Of a DNA stretch of 42,977 nucleotides, positions 9,101 to 17,927 are shown piece by piece. The notes below the pieces were generated by a model. The model worked only from the letters and a program-made list of their open reading frames with translations, ran no database searches and was not told where the DNA came from. The stretch is from an uncultured Candidatus Bathyarchaeia archaeon (lineage in GTDB: Archaea; Thermoproteota; Bathyarchaeia; RBG-16-48-13; GCA-020345945). The DNA lies in assembly GCA_964495315.1 (NCBI GenBank), contig CAZBVH010000003.1, positions 5,121 through 48,097 of the forward strand. The letters run 5' to 3'. The position numbers were made by a program, and so were the translations under genes. The number at the start of each line of letters is the position of its first letter. Within the stretch, counting starts at the first letter, position 1.

Positions 9101-10276
9101 CTAGTAGGGTCCTAGTTCTTGTATGGCCTCATGGACCGCCCAGATGTTCTCTGGCGGCGTGTCCCGCTCTATGGTGTGGTTTGAAGCTATGATGTAACCT
9201 GGGCTGAGTGTCTTGATGCATTTCTTGGTCCACTCCTTGACCTGGTCCGGTGTCCAGTGAACCAAGGCTCTCTGTGTGTCCATTCCTCCCCAGAAGGTGA
9301 TCATGTCTCCGTAGTCCTGTTTCAGCTTCTCAGGCTCCATGTCCTTCGCGAAACCTATCTGCTGCCCTATTATGTCAAGCCCAATCTCCGCGAAGTCTTT
9401 GATGTACATGTGTATGGATCCGCAGCTGTGAAGCTGGATCTTCGCCTTTGAGTACTTCTTTATCAGGTCGAAGCTCTTCTTGTGGTATGGCTTGCAGAAC
9501 TCCCTGAAATCCCGGAGGGAGATCATGCCCCCCGTCTGAGTCCCGTAGTCGTCTCCCAATTGAGCCCTGTCAATGTAGTCTCCGATCGCGTTGAGGTACA
9601 CCTCGTTCCTGTCCATACCTATCTGCAAGATCTTGCTGGACAAGGCATGGTAGAACTCAGGATCCTTCTTCATGTCGATGATCCATTGGTCAAAGCCACG
9701 AATCCAACGATAGACCTCGTCATCGTATGAGCCAGGGTTGCCCGATATGGCATAGTCGGTCTCTTCATGCAATCTCCTAGCGACCTTGCCCAGATCGGCC
9801 GCTTTCTCCTCCAACTCTCTCCGCGCCTTTGAACTCTCAGTGTCCGGCCAGTAGGGGTAGTTCTCGATATCCTTAACCGTCTTCATGTATCGCGCTGGCG
9901 TCTCCCTATCCGGCACCGGGCTGTAACGACCGTAGGCCGGCTTCCATAACGCGCCGTAGTAGCGCTTGACTCTGACATACCCGTTCGGAAGTACCTCTGG
10001 AGGATCCTCCCCGCGGGGTAGATATCTGAAGTCGACGCCAAACTTCTCGAGTATCCGTTCATCAACATTCAGGACGCCACCCCACACGCCGTGCGACTGA
10101 GGTGGAGGGTAGTCGATGATGCCGAGGTACTGGCATAAGGCGCGGTAGCCATATGGCGGCTGGTCTACGATGTTCGTCGTGAGGCTGGATCCAGGGAACT
10201 CTATGCATACGCGGTCAGGCCACTTGGGCGGATGCGACGCTACTCTGTAGAACCTTTCTCTAGGTGTCATGCTCAT
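9101..10276 (-). CDS. uroporphyrinogen-decarboxylase (URO-D) family methyltransferase, MtaA/MtbA-like
   Basis: 391 aa. URO-D-fold C-terminal half with H-S-C-G (QLHSCGSIH), matching the Zn-ligand H-x-C-G of corrinoid:thiol methyltransferases, plus a later Cys (KKCIKT). The start ATG overlaps the stop of the upstream corrinoid gene (ATGA at 10273-10276). Confidence 0.75.
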   Translation of the reverse strand: MSMTPRERFYRVASHPPKWPDRVCIEFPGSSLTTNIVDQPPYGYRALCQYLGIIDYPPPQSHGVWGGVLNVDERILEKFGVDFRYLPRGEDPPEVLPNGYVRVKRYYGALWKPAYGRYSPVPDRETPARYMKTVKDIENYPYWPDTESSKARRELEEKAADLGKVARRLHEETDYAISGNPGSYDDEVYRWIRGFDQWIIDMKKDPEFYHALSSKILQIGMDRNEVYLNAIGDYIDRAQLGDDYGTQTGGMISLRDFREFCKPYHKKSFDLIKKYSKAKIQLHSCGSIHMYIKDFAEIGLDIIGQQIGFAKDMEPEKLKQDYGDMITFWGGMDTQRALVHWTPDQVKEWTKKCIKTLSPGYIIASNHTIERDTPPENIWAVHEAIQELGPY

Positions 10277-10905
10277 CGTCTGACAGCCTCCTTTGCCTTT
10301 GCCACGGCTTCAAAGGCGTCACTCGCGTATATGTCGGCGCCTATCTCTTTCGCATACTCCGGACTCAAGGGTGGACCGCCCACCATGACTATTAGGCGGT
10401 CCCGAAGACCCTTAGCCTTCAACGCGTCTATGACCTCCTTCATCTGGTGCAGAGCTGGCGAGATCAGACAAGACATCCCCAGCACATCTGGTCTTGCTGA
10501 GTTGACGGTCGAGCAGAACTTGTCGACCGAGACGTCCTCGCCTAGGTCTATGACTTTGAAGTCTGCAGCCTCCAACATCGTGGCAACGATGTTCTTCCCG
10601 ATGTAGTGAATGTCCCCTTCCACCGTACCTATGACCACGGTTCCCAGCTCCCCTGTCCCCCCCGACTTGAGACGTGTCTTGACAACCTCCTTCGCATCTT
10701 CGAAGGCGGAGACAGCAAGCATGATCTCTGCCAGGAAAACTTCCCCTGCAGCCCACCTTTCACCGAGGAGACGCAGCCCTCTTGCCAAGCCCTTCTCGAT
10801 CAGGTCAGACGGCGAGACCCCTTCTTCGATCAGCTTCTCAGTCAGAAACTTCGCTTTTTCCCCATCTCCATCTGAAACAGCGTTCACAAGATCTTCAAAC
10901 GTCAC
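10273..10905 (-). CDS. corrinoid (cobalamin-binding) protein, MtaC/MtbC/MtmC-like
   Basis: An N-terminal helical cap is followed by a B12-binding Rossmann domain with GTVEGDIHYIGKN (DxHxxG), MSCLIS (SxL) and VMVGG. GTG start is preceded by GAGGGGAG. Confidence 0.85.
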   Translation of the reverse strand: MTFEDLVNAVSDGDGEKAKFLTEKLIEEGVSPSDLIEKGLARGLRLLGERWAAGEVFLAEIMLAVSAFEDAKEVVKTRLKSGGTGELGTVVIGTVEGDIHYIGKNIVATMLEAADFKVIDLGEDVSVDKFCSTVNSARPDVLGMSCLISPALHQMKEVIDALKAKGLRDRLIVMVGGPPLSPEYAKEIGADIYASDAFEAVAKAKEAVRR

Positions 10906-10977
10906 GACTCTTCTCCCCTCAATATCCTTCTAAAGGCTGAGACCGCTGCAACCTTTTAGATTCTTCTTTAAGCGGTT

Positions 10978-10995
10978 CCTCCTATTTATAGGAGG
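10978..10995. promoter_or_regulatory. palindromic TATA-like element upstream of corrinoid gene
   Basis: CCTCCTAT-TT-ATAGGAGG is an 8-bp inverted repeat around a TATA-like core. It lies ~73 nt upstream of the corrinoid GTG, in the 178-bp gap after the mtrH-like gene. Confidence 0.35.
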
Positions 10996-11083
10996 GATCT
11001 CTTCCTCGAACGCGAGGCGTCAACCCTGGCACCGGAAACGGAGAAGGACGCATGAAGCAAAGAGGAAACCGTCTGGTGGTCCG

Positions 11084-12004
11084 CTAGAAGATCTTGAAAA
11101 GTGGGTGTCCGTAAGTCATCGGCTTGATCCCGAATTCTTGCCTCATGTTGTATGCGACGTAGGCGTCAGCCAACGCGCATGCCGTGTAGGTCTCAGGTGC
11201 TCTCCTCATGGGCCCGTATAGGATGAAGTCTGCTCCCATCGTGATAGGGAACGTATGCGCCACCGCACTTCCTACTAGGCGGGTTGCCTCGTCGAGATTT
11301 CTCCTTTGACGCCATTTGTCAACCGCATTGTGGGCTCCGCACCCGGAGGGTATGCCGAACTCCTTCTTGACGAGGTAGACCGCCTTCGCCACAGGTCCGA
11401 TGTCTGGGGCATCGAGAACCGTAGTATCAACAAGCGGCTTGTTAATCCCAGCACTCTCCGCCATCCTCAATAGCCCGCCTTCTTCAGATGTGCCACGAAG
11501 CATCTCCAATCTACCGTCGACTGTGGGTCTTCTCTTGTTGAAGAGGAGGAGCACAGCCGCCTTCAACCCTGCCTGACGTATAGTCTCCAGCTCTTCCGGC
11601 TTGGTATCCGAGCTGAGCGAGTTATAGACCGCCCGCTCAATCAAGCCGATATCAGCTACATGCCTTGTAGCCGCTATTCGTGCTTCCGCGCTTACACCGT
11701 CGATCATGAATGGGTCATCCGTCTTCTCCGCCACGAAATCGATAAACCGAGCGAGCGCGCTTCCTGATTCGCCGTTGACATCGATAATCCGAGGGTTGCC
11801 GGTTCTAAGTGAGGCTTCCTTCTCAGATTCAAGGATCCTTAGCGCCTCTTTCTCGTCAAACCGACCTTCCCTCTGATCGGTAACGACCTTGTCCCCTAGG
11901 TAGAAGATGCTTCCAACCATTACGGTGGGGAGCAAACCTGGTTGCCCACCCACTCTCACCTGACCTATCTCGAAGATCTTCTGCTCCTTCTCGAACTTGA
12001 ACAT
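11084..12004 (-). CDS. MtrH-like pterin-binding methyltransferase (methyl-corrinoid:tetrahydromethanopterin/folate)
   Basis: MFKFEKEQKIFEIGQVRVGGQPGLLPTVMVGSIFY is the characteristic MtrH-family N-terminus. About 306 aa. Start taken at ATG 12004 (the track uses TTG 12016). Confidence 0.8.
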   Translation of the reverse strand: MFKFEKEQKIFEIGQVRVGGQPGLLPTVMVGSIFYLGDKVVTDQREGRFDEKEALRILESEKEASLRTGNPRIIDVNGESGSALARFIDFVAEKTDDPFMIDGVSAEARIAATRHVADIGLIERAVYNSLSSDTKPEELETIRQAGLKAAVLLLFNKRRPTVDGRLEMLRGTSEEGGLLRMAESAGINKPLVDTTVLDAPDIGPVAKAVYLVKKEFGIPSGCGAHNAVDKWRQRRNLDEATRLVGSAVAHTFPITMGADFILYGPMRRAPETYTACALADAYVAYNMRQEFGIKPMTYGHPLFKIF

Positions 12005-12169
12005 AGTCCGGACCAATCCTTCAATTCCTGATCATTTCTTATCTGCTTTTTCTTGTGGCAGACTCGCTTCAATCGCAAGACACCAGCTCACTTAGGGGAA
12101 AGCGTGAGGCAAACGTTTAATTACTTCTTCTCTGCCTCAGGGGGGGTTACAGCGGATTTTACTGGTTAG

Positions 12170-12220
12170 TTTCAGTGTGATCACGGTTTCTGTGTAATCA
12201 CTGCGCTTCAGTACAATTAC
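12170..12220. promoter_or_regulatory. three tandem ~15-bp direct repeats (candidate operator) in a divergent promoter region
   Basis: TTTCAGTGTGATCAC (12170-12184), TTTCTGTGTAATCAC (12187-12201) and CTTCAGTACAATTAC (12206-12220), with spacings of 17 and 19 bp. They lie between the mtrH-like gene (-) and the mini zinc-finger gene (+). Confidence 0.45.
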
Positions 12221-12250
12221 TGTGCATCAAGGGTAGGGTAGGTGAATCAG

Positions 12251-12403
12251 ATGAGTTATAGGAATAGCTCGTATAGAAGCGAGCGGACAATGTACAAGAT
12301 CAAGTGTTCCGACTGCGGTAACGAGGGAGAAGTTCCCTTCAAGCCTACGGAAGGTAGACCGGTCTACTGCAGGGAATGCTTCCGAAAACATAGATTCGAG
12401 TAA
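12251..12403 (+). CDS. CxxC-x17-CxxC mini zinc-finger protein (50 aa)
   Basis: Not in the ORF track. GGTGA lies 6 nt upstream of ATG 12251. YKIKCSDCGNEGEVPFKPTEGRPVYCRECFRKH has exactly CxxC-x17-CxxC, a small-protein family common in archaea. Confidence 0.7.
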   Translation: MSYRNSSYRSERTMYKIKCSDCGNEGEVPFKPTEGRPVYCRECFRKHRFE

Positions 12404-12439
12404 TAGCTAGTCTCATCTTTCTGGCTAGTTAGCTCAGTC

Positions 12440-12829
12440 TCATCCTTTTTTAGTTGTTTTGATTCTTGATTTGCGCTCAGACTGGGATCGTATCATTGTA
12501 AGGACCATCTTGAATCTCTTGACTGCTCTCAGGGCGTGGGGTTCATTGGCGGGCATCATGACCATCTCACCTTCCTTCAAGCGAAGAGGTTTGCCTGAGA
12601 TGACGACCTCTGCTTCACCATCAAGGAGATGAACCAAAGCGTCGTAGGGTGCCGTGTGTTCGCTTAACCCTTGACCCTCATCGAAGGCGAAAAAGGTCAC
12701 CGTACCCGTCTCTCCATCGATTATCGTTCGGCTTACTATGGAGCCTTCCTGGTAACCCGCTAAGTCGACCAGTCTTGTCACCTTGGCCACAAGCTTTTCC
12801 ATGCCGGTTTGTTCCTCATAATGTTCCAT
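12440..12829 (-). CDS. cupin-domain protein
   Basis: GLSEHTAPYDALVHLLDGEAEVVISGKPLRLKEGEMVMMPANEPHAL is a cupin beta-barrel motif pair. Start taken at the ATG preceded by GGTGAAGGAG. Confidence 0.75.
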   Translation of the reverse strand: MEHYEEQTGMEKLVAKVTRLVDLAGYQEGSIVSRTIIDGETGTVTFFAFDEGQGLSEHTAPYDALVHLLDGEAEVVISGKPLRLKEGEMVMMPANEPHALRAVKRFKMVLTMIRSQSERKSRIKTTKKG

Positions 12830-12980
12830 CTCCTTCACCCCCACTGTTCTCTCAAGTGATTCAGCCTGAAGATATGATGAGCAGTGTTGTTTGAAAAATC
12901 TTGAGCAGTATCTGCCGTGCTTAGGAGCAACTGCTTCCCGGCTCCAAATCTCACAAAGGTCGATCCAGACTGGTATAGTT

Positions 12981-14168
12981 CTATCGTAGACTTCCCAGGC
13001 GGGTGTGTTCCGTCTGCGGCTCGTTTATGAGGAGAATGAGAGGAATGCATAGGGCGAATCCTGCAGCGGAAGCGTAGAAGGAGAAGAGTGGGCCAAAGGA
13101 TTCCCAGAGGTAGGCTCCCATCAAGGGACCGAGGGCTTCCCCAAGACGCACCCCTGTCTGCCTGACACCTCCGGCCTGCCCCCTTTTTCTTACAGGGACT
13201 GAGCGCATGAGTAGATCCATGCTTGCAGGCCAGTTCACACTCCAAAGACCGTTGACCAACATGTAGTCCAGCATGAGAAGGTTATAGTGTCTGATTAGAG
13301 GGAGAAGAATGAAGGCGATAGGGATCGGGATGACGCTGTGAAGCATAGCCCTCTTGCTTCCATATCTATCTAAGATCATACCGGCTGAGATCTGGGCGAT
13401 CAGTGTGGTAAGCCCTAGGCTCAGAGTGAAGAATAAGCCGACTTCCGTCCTGCTTATGTGGAATGTGTCTGATAGGTAGATGGGAAGAAGCGGCCTCGTC
13501 GCCCCTATGCCTATCCCTATGAGAACCTGGAGGGAGAAGAATATGAAGAGGGTCCTACGGATGGACTCACCACCCTCGCTAGGACTCATATGCTCTTCTC
13601 TGCCAGACGTCCGTCTTCGCTCCTCTTTGATGAGATAGGCGGGTAGAAAGCTTGCAACGGACAGCAGAGACACGAAGTAGAAGGCGGCATTCCATCCATA
13701 GACATCGGATAGGTATCCGCCGACCAGAGGACCGAGCAGGCTTCCGATCGGCCATGCAACATTCATCATTCCGAACGTTCTTCCAAGGTTCCTATCTTCA
13801 ATCCTGTCAGCGATGTAAGCCATCCTAGCGGGGGCGAAGAAGGCCAAGGAGGCATTGAAGAGGACGACCCAAGGGATGATCTGTTCCCAGCGCGTACACA
13901 AGGTGTACATGAAGGAGGAGAAGGCGGCTAGGGATATGGCTAAGACTATGCCGAGTTTTCTTCCGCACCTATCGCAGAAGAGACCGCCAAAATAGGCGAT
14001 AAGCGTGGCAAAGAACCCTGCCGCCGCCGTGACTAGGCTTATCTGGAAGATGTTGGCTCCCAGATCCCGCATATAGAGGGGAACCAGGGGCATGGTCAGA
14101 TCAACACCTGCAGCTATGACCATGGTGATAATGAAGATATGGAGTAGACTCCACGTTTCTTCTCTCAC
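12981..14168 (-). CDS. MFS transporter
   Basis: 395 aa and 12 hydrophobic segments. The DRCGRK and DRYGSKR loops are typical of MFS. Confidence 0.8.
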   Translation of the reverse strand: MREETWSLLHIFIITMVIAAGVDLTMPLVPLYMRDLGANIFQISLVTAAAGFFATLIAYFGGLFCDRCGRKLGIVLAISLAAFSSFMYTLCTRWEQIIPWVVLFNASLAFFAPARMAYIADRIEDRNLGRTFGMMNVAWPIGSLLGPLVGGYLSDVYGWNAAFYFVSLLSVASFLPAYLIKEERRRTSGREEHMSPSEGGESIRRTLFIFFSLQVLIGIGIGATRPLLPIYLSDTFHISRTEVGLFFTLSLGLTTLIAQISAGMILDRYGSKRAMLHSVIPIPIAFILLPLIRHYNLLMLDYMLVNGLWSVNWPASMDLLMRSVPVRKRGQAGGVRQTGVRLGEALGPLMGAYLWESFGPLFSFYASAAGFALCIPLILLINEPQTEHTRLGSLR

Positions 14169-14353
14169 TTTCCAGTGACCCCAAAGACTTCTACAGAAGA
14201 GCTAGTACCCGCATAAAAAGGACACGCGCCTCTCGAGAAAGGTGGTGCATGATTGGGAGAGAGAGATGTCTCAGTGTAAGAACTACCGACACAACTAAGT
14301 GGGTAAACGTTCAAGAATCAGAAGTAGGAGTTGTCTATGGGGTCGGCTGCAAC

Positions 14354-15898
14354 ATGATCTTGGATGTAATACTGGTCCTTGACTTCGGCGGACAGTATTG
14401 CCATCTTATCGCGAGACGGATTCGACAGTCTCGTGTGAGATCGGAGATCGTGCCTTACAGCATGACCCGCGATGAAATAGAATCGCTGAGGACTACGTGC
14501 TCGATCAAAGGTATGATACTCTCTGGAGGACCGGACAGCGTGTACAAGGAGGGGGCTCCGGTCTGCGATGCTGAGATCTTAGCGATGGACATACCAGTCC
14601 TGGGCATATGCTACGGCCATCAGCTGATTGCCTATCTGAAGGGAGGATCGGTCTCTCCGGGCGAGAAGGGGGAGTACGGAATAGCAACGGTGGACGTGAA
14701 GAGACCGATCGGGGTCTTGAAAGGGCTTGGGAGCAAGCAGAAGGTCTGGATGAGCCACGGAGACATGGTCCACTCTCTTCCATATGGCTTCGAGGTGCTC
14801 GCCTCTTCAGAGAACTGCCCCATCGCCGCCTTCACAAATAAGGAACGAAGGATATTCGGCTTGCAGTGGCATCCTGAAGTCACACAGACTCAAAGCGGGA
14901 AACGGATGCTCCGAAACTTTGTCTTCGAGGTCTGTGGGTGTAGACCGAACTGGCGGATGAGCGACTTCGTGAAGCAGGCGATCAGTGAGATCCGAGGAGC
15001 GGTCGGTGACTCCAGATGTATTATCGCTTTGAGCGGCGGAGTCGACTCGAGCACGGCAGCCCTCCTGACACAGAGGGCGATAGGCGAGAACCTTACCGCA
15101 GTCTTCGTTGATCATGGCTTCATGAGGCTGGGTGAACCTGAGTCTGTGAAAGGGTTCTTCAGCGGACTGAAGATGGATTTCTCGATAGTTGACTCCAGAG
15201 AGAGATTTCTCAAGCGGCTGGAAGGTGTGACCGATCCTGAGGAGAAGAGGATTGCGATAGGCGAAGAGTTTGTCCACGTCTTCGAGGAGATGGCGGCGAA
15301 GAAGGGAGCCGAGTTCCTAGTCCAAGGGACGATCTACCCTGACAGGATAGAGTCTGGGCAGGGAGCAAGGGCTGACAAGATCAAGAGCCACCACAACGTC
15401 GCAGGACTGCCGACGAAACTGAGGTTCAGAGGTGTTGTAGAGCCATTGAGAGACCTGTACAAGGACGAAGTGCGGGAGGTCGCCGAGAAGCTAGGACTAC
15501 CGTGGGAGATCGTTCAGAGGCAACCGTTTCCAGGTCCAGGTCTCGCGGTTAGAGTTATGGGAGAGGTAACCCGAGAGAAGATAGACCTGCTCAGACAAGC
15601 CGATAGGATTGTGGCAGAGGAGATCGAGAAGGAGGGGCTTGACGATGCGCTCTGGCAGTACTTCGCCGTCCTCCTTGACACAATGACCACGGGGGTCAGA
15701 GGAGACTCTAGAGCCTACGGATATGTGGTGGCGATCCGCGCAGTGGAGAGTCGAGAGGCAATGACCGCCTCCTTCGCAAGAATACCGTTTGAAGTTCTCG
15801 GGAAGATCTCGACAAGGATTACAAACGAACTTCCTAACGTTGTAAGGGTCGTGTACGACATTACGAACAAGCCACCCTCGACGATCGAGTGGGAGTAG
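14354..15898 (+). CDS. guaA: GMP synthase (glutamine-hydrolysing), fused GATase + ATP-PPase
   Basis: ILVLDFGGQYCHLIARRIR, GICYGHQL (GATase Cys) and SGGVDSS (PP-loop), with the C-terminal dimerisation domain ending STIEWE. Start taken at ATG 14354. Confidence 0.95.
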   Translation: MILDVILVLDFGGQYCHLIARRIRQSRVRSEIVPYSMTRDEIESLRTTCSIKGMILSGGPDSVYKEGAPVCDAEILAMDIPVLGICYGHQLIAYLKGGSVSPGEKGEYGIATVDVKRPIGVLKGLGSKQKVWMSHGDMVHSLPYGFEVLASSENCPIAAFTNKERRIFGLQWHPEVTQTQSGKRMLRNFVFEVCGCRPNWRMSDFVKQAISEIRGAVGDSRCIIALSGGVDSSTAALLTQRAIGENLTAVFVDHGFMRLGEPESVKGFFSGLKMDFSIVDSRERFLKRLEGVTDPEEKRIAIGEEFVHVFEEMAAKKGAEFLVQGTIYPDRIESGQGARADKIKSHHNVAGLPTKLRFRGVVEPLRDLYKDEVREVAEKLGLPWEIVQRQPFPGPGLAVRVMGEVTREKIDLLRQADRIVAEEIEKEGLDDALWQYFAVLLDTMTTGVRGDSRAYGYVVAIRAVESREAMTASFARIPFEVLGKISTRITNELPNVVRVVYDITNKPPSTIEWE

Positions 15899-15983
15899 AC
15901 ACTTTCAGAGTCGCGAGCTCTCTCCTGGTCGAGGTCGGATTGAGATTTTGATCTTGACCTTTTCTTGTTCGTCCTCTTAAGAG

Positions 15984-16772
15984 TTAATTGGTCAAACGTT
16001 GATACGGTTTGAACTTTATGCCTTGTCTGGCCAGGAAATCCTCGGAGTGAGGAGTCACACAGTAAGGGATTCCTTGTTCTTCACAGAATGGGATTAGTCT
16101 CTTGAAGAGGTCGGCGTAGTAGGCTTCGTCGTAATTGAACGGTATCGTCTTCTTCACGTAAGGCGACCACTTGCCGAACATGAAGAGGTCGACGTACTCC
16201 TGGAGTTCTTCAATGATCTGGAAGGGATTGCTGTCTTTTGTAGGCATAATGGGCTCCATGATGCAGAACGTAGAGACTCCTTCCCGGCGGAGTGTTTTCA
16301 GGGCATCTTTCCGCGCCTGTATTGATGGGGAATAGGGCTCTAGCCTCGACTTGAGTTCCTCATTCAGCGTGATGATGGTGAAGCCGGCTCTGCAGTTTCT
16401 GTAGTTCTTGATGAGATCGATGTCTCTGAGAACATTGTCACTCTTCGTCACCAAGGTGAAGGGAAGCTCGTTCTCGATCAGCATCTCCAGGACTCCGCGG
16501 GTCAGCTTGTATTCGAGCTCAAGCGGCTGGTAACCGTCACAAGCAGAGCAGAGAAAGATGTCGTGAACCTCTAAGCTGCCCTTCTTCACCCTCTTCATAT
16601 CCTCCTTCAATCGAGGTAAGATTTGGGGTCGCGGTTTCGGGTTTATCCAGCTGTCGTATCTCCTCTTTCTTATTGTCCTGGCGTAGCAGTATAGGCAACC
16701 GTGTCGGCACCCGTCGTAAGGGTTGACTGTACCCAGTACTCGTGTGGTCTTCTGTTCTTTTGACTTGGCCAT
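15984..16772 (-). CDS. radical SAM protein (SPL/COG1533-like)
   Basis: CRHGCLYC is the CxxxCxxC radical-SAM cluster motif near the N-terminus. 262 aa. Confidence 0.75.
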   Translation of the reverse strand: MAKSKEQKTTRVLGTVNPYDGCRHGCLYCYARTIRKRRYDSWINPKPRPQILPRLKEDMKRVKKGSLEVHDIFLCSACDGYQPLELEYKLTRGVLEMLIENELPFTLVTKSDNVLRDIDLIKNYRNCRAGFTIITLNEELKSRLEPYSPSIQARKDALKTLRREGVSTFCIMEPIMPTKDSNPFQIIEELQEYVDLFMFGKWSPYVKKTIPFNYDEAYYADLFKRLIPFCEEQGIPYCVTPHSEDFLARQGIKFKPYQRLTN

Positions 16773-17058
16773 TCTCTCTTCCTCAACAGATCTGATAGCA
16801 CAATCCGCGACTTCTCAGATTAGATGACAAGTCTAAGATTAAGGCTTGGTCCTCTGGACTGCAAGAGCGGAGAGCTCAATCCGGGCACTCGACTCGAACC
16901 CCGGCCTCACGGATTGCTGAAACGCTCAGAGAGCAAGGAGTCAACCTCCATTAAGAGAGAAGTAGGATTGGCACCCCAGCAATTAACGTGCCCAGAAACT
17001 TAATCCGATCCCGCATGACAAGTTGGAGACAGGATTGTGTAAGAAGAGTGATGAGCCT

Positions 17059-17835
17059 ATGAGTCTTAGGAGAGAGCTTGAGGATCAGGCATTCGGTCTT
17101 GGAGCTGACTTGTTCGGAGTCGCAGATGTAGAGCGCTTCTCCGGAGCACCATCTGGACACCGCCCAAAAGACATCGTGCCGGGAGCAAAATCTGTCATCG
17201 TGCTGGGCATGAAATACTTGGATGCGATGGTTGATCTGCTGCCCCCTGGAAGAGAAGAGGACACTTTGGCAACACCCCGAGAGAAGATGTTTGGGGGACA
17301 TAACGATTTCTTGTCTGCACAACTCGATAGGATAGGTTATGCTTTGGCGAGAATCTTGGAGAAGAAGGGGTTCAAGGCCTACCATCAGCTTTCGTCTCAG
17401 GGCGGCACAGATGACAGGTATCTTGTCGGCATGGTCTCATTGAAGCATCTTGCGGTAGAGGCAGGACTAGGCAGTCTGGGATACCACAGTCTGCTCGTAA
17501 CCCCACAGTACGGTCCAAGAGTAAGGTTGACGGCGGTCATAACTGATGCAGATATTCATCCGGTTGACAAGCCGATCGGGGTTGACTTATGCGAGATGTG
17601 TGTAGGGAAACCATGCATATTGTTCTGCCCTGCAGGAGCCATCAAGCAACCGAAGAAAGCACAGCCATACAGTATGGACAGGTTCCTCTGCGCTCAGTAC
17701 CGAAGAACCAGAACTGCATGCAGCCTATGCATGAAGGTCTGTGTGGCGGGGAAGAGAGGCGCGCAGAATGAGGCTGAAAGAAAGCTAGGAAAGCATGCAG
17801 TGAACAGAGAGACACGCCGAATGAAGAGAACCTAG
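17059..17835 (+). CDS. 4Fe-4S cluster protein, epoxyqueuosine-reductase/reductive-dehalogenase-like
   Basis: The N-terminus LEDQAFGLGADLFGVADVERF resembles QueG-type proteins. C-terminal Cys clusters CEMCVGKPCILFCP and CAQY...CSLCMKVC are present. Function not established. Confidence 0.45.
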   Translation: MSLRRELEDQAFGLGADLFGVADVERFSGAPSGHRPKDIVPGAKSVIVLGMKYLDAMVDLLPPGREEDTLATPREKMFGGHNDFLSAQLDRIGYALARILEKKGFKAYHQLSSQGGTDDRYLVGMVSLKHLAVEAGLGSLGYHSLLVTPQYGPRVRLTAVITDADIHPVDKPIGVDLCEMCVGKPCILFCPAGAIKQPKKAQPYSMDRFLCAQYRRTRTACSLCMKVCVAGKRGAQNEAERKLGKHAVNRETRRMKRT

Positions 17836-17927
17836 CCGGACCCGACGAGTGAGAGACATTGAATCTGCTCGGATTTCTCCCCACGTCGCCCTCAGATTGA
17901 GGCAAGGGGAGGAAGTCCTCCGTCTTT

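Noticed and set aside
8735-9192. ORFs 8735..9067(-), 8754..8984(-) and 8902..9192(+) between the rubrerythrin relic and the URO-D gene, including a CCLCCKGFPC-containing frame.
   Set aside because: Their translations are Arg/Ser-rich or lack a start. They overlap the better-supported zinc-ribbon ORF or the URO-D 3' end.
14807-15277. 156-aa ORF antisense to guaA, and other antisense or alternate-frame ORFs inside guaA (14505..14883).
   Set aside because: They lie entirely within the strongly supported guaA frame. They have Arg/Ser/Pro-rich shadow-ORF composition and no SD.
16881-16904. tRNA-like T-loop: the minus strand reads CCGGGGTTCGAGTCGAGTGCCCGG in the spacer between the radical SAM and 4Fe-4S genes.
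   Set aside because: The CCGGG/CCCGG stem encloses 14 nt instead of a 7-nt T-loop. No acceptor, D or anticodon arms can be built around it. It is probably just a hairpin.
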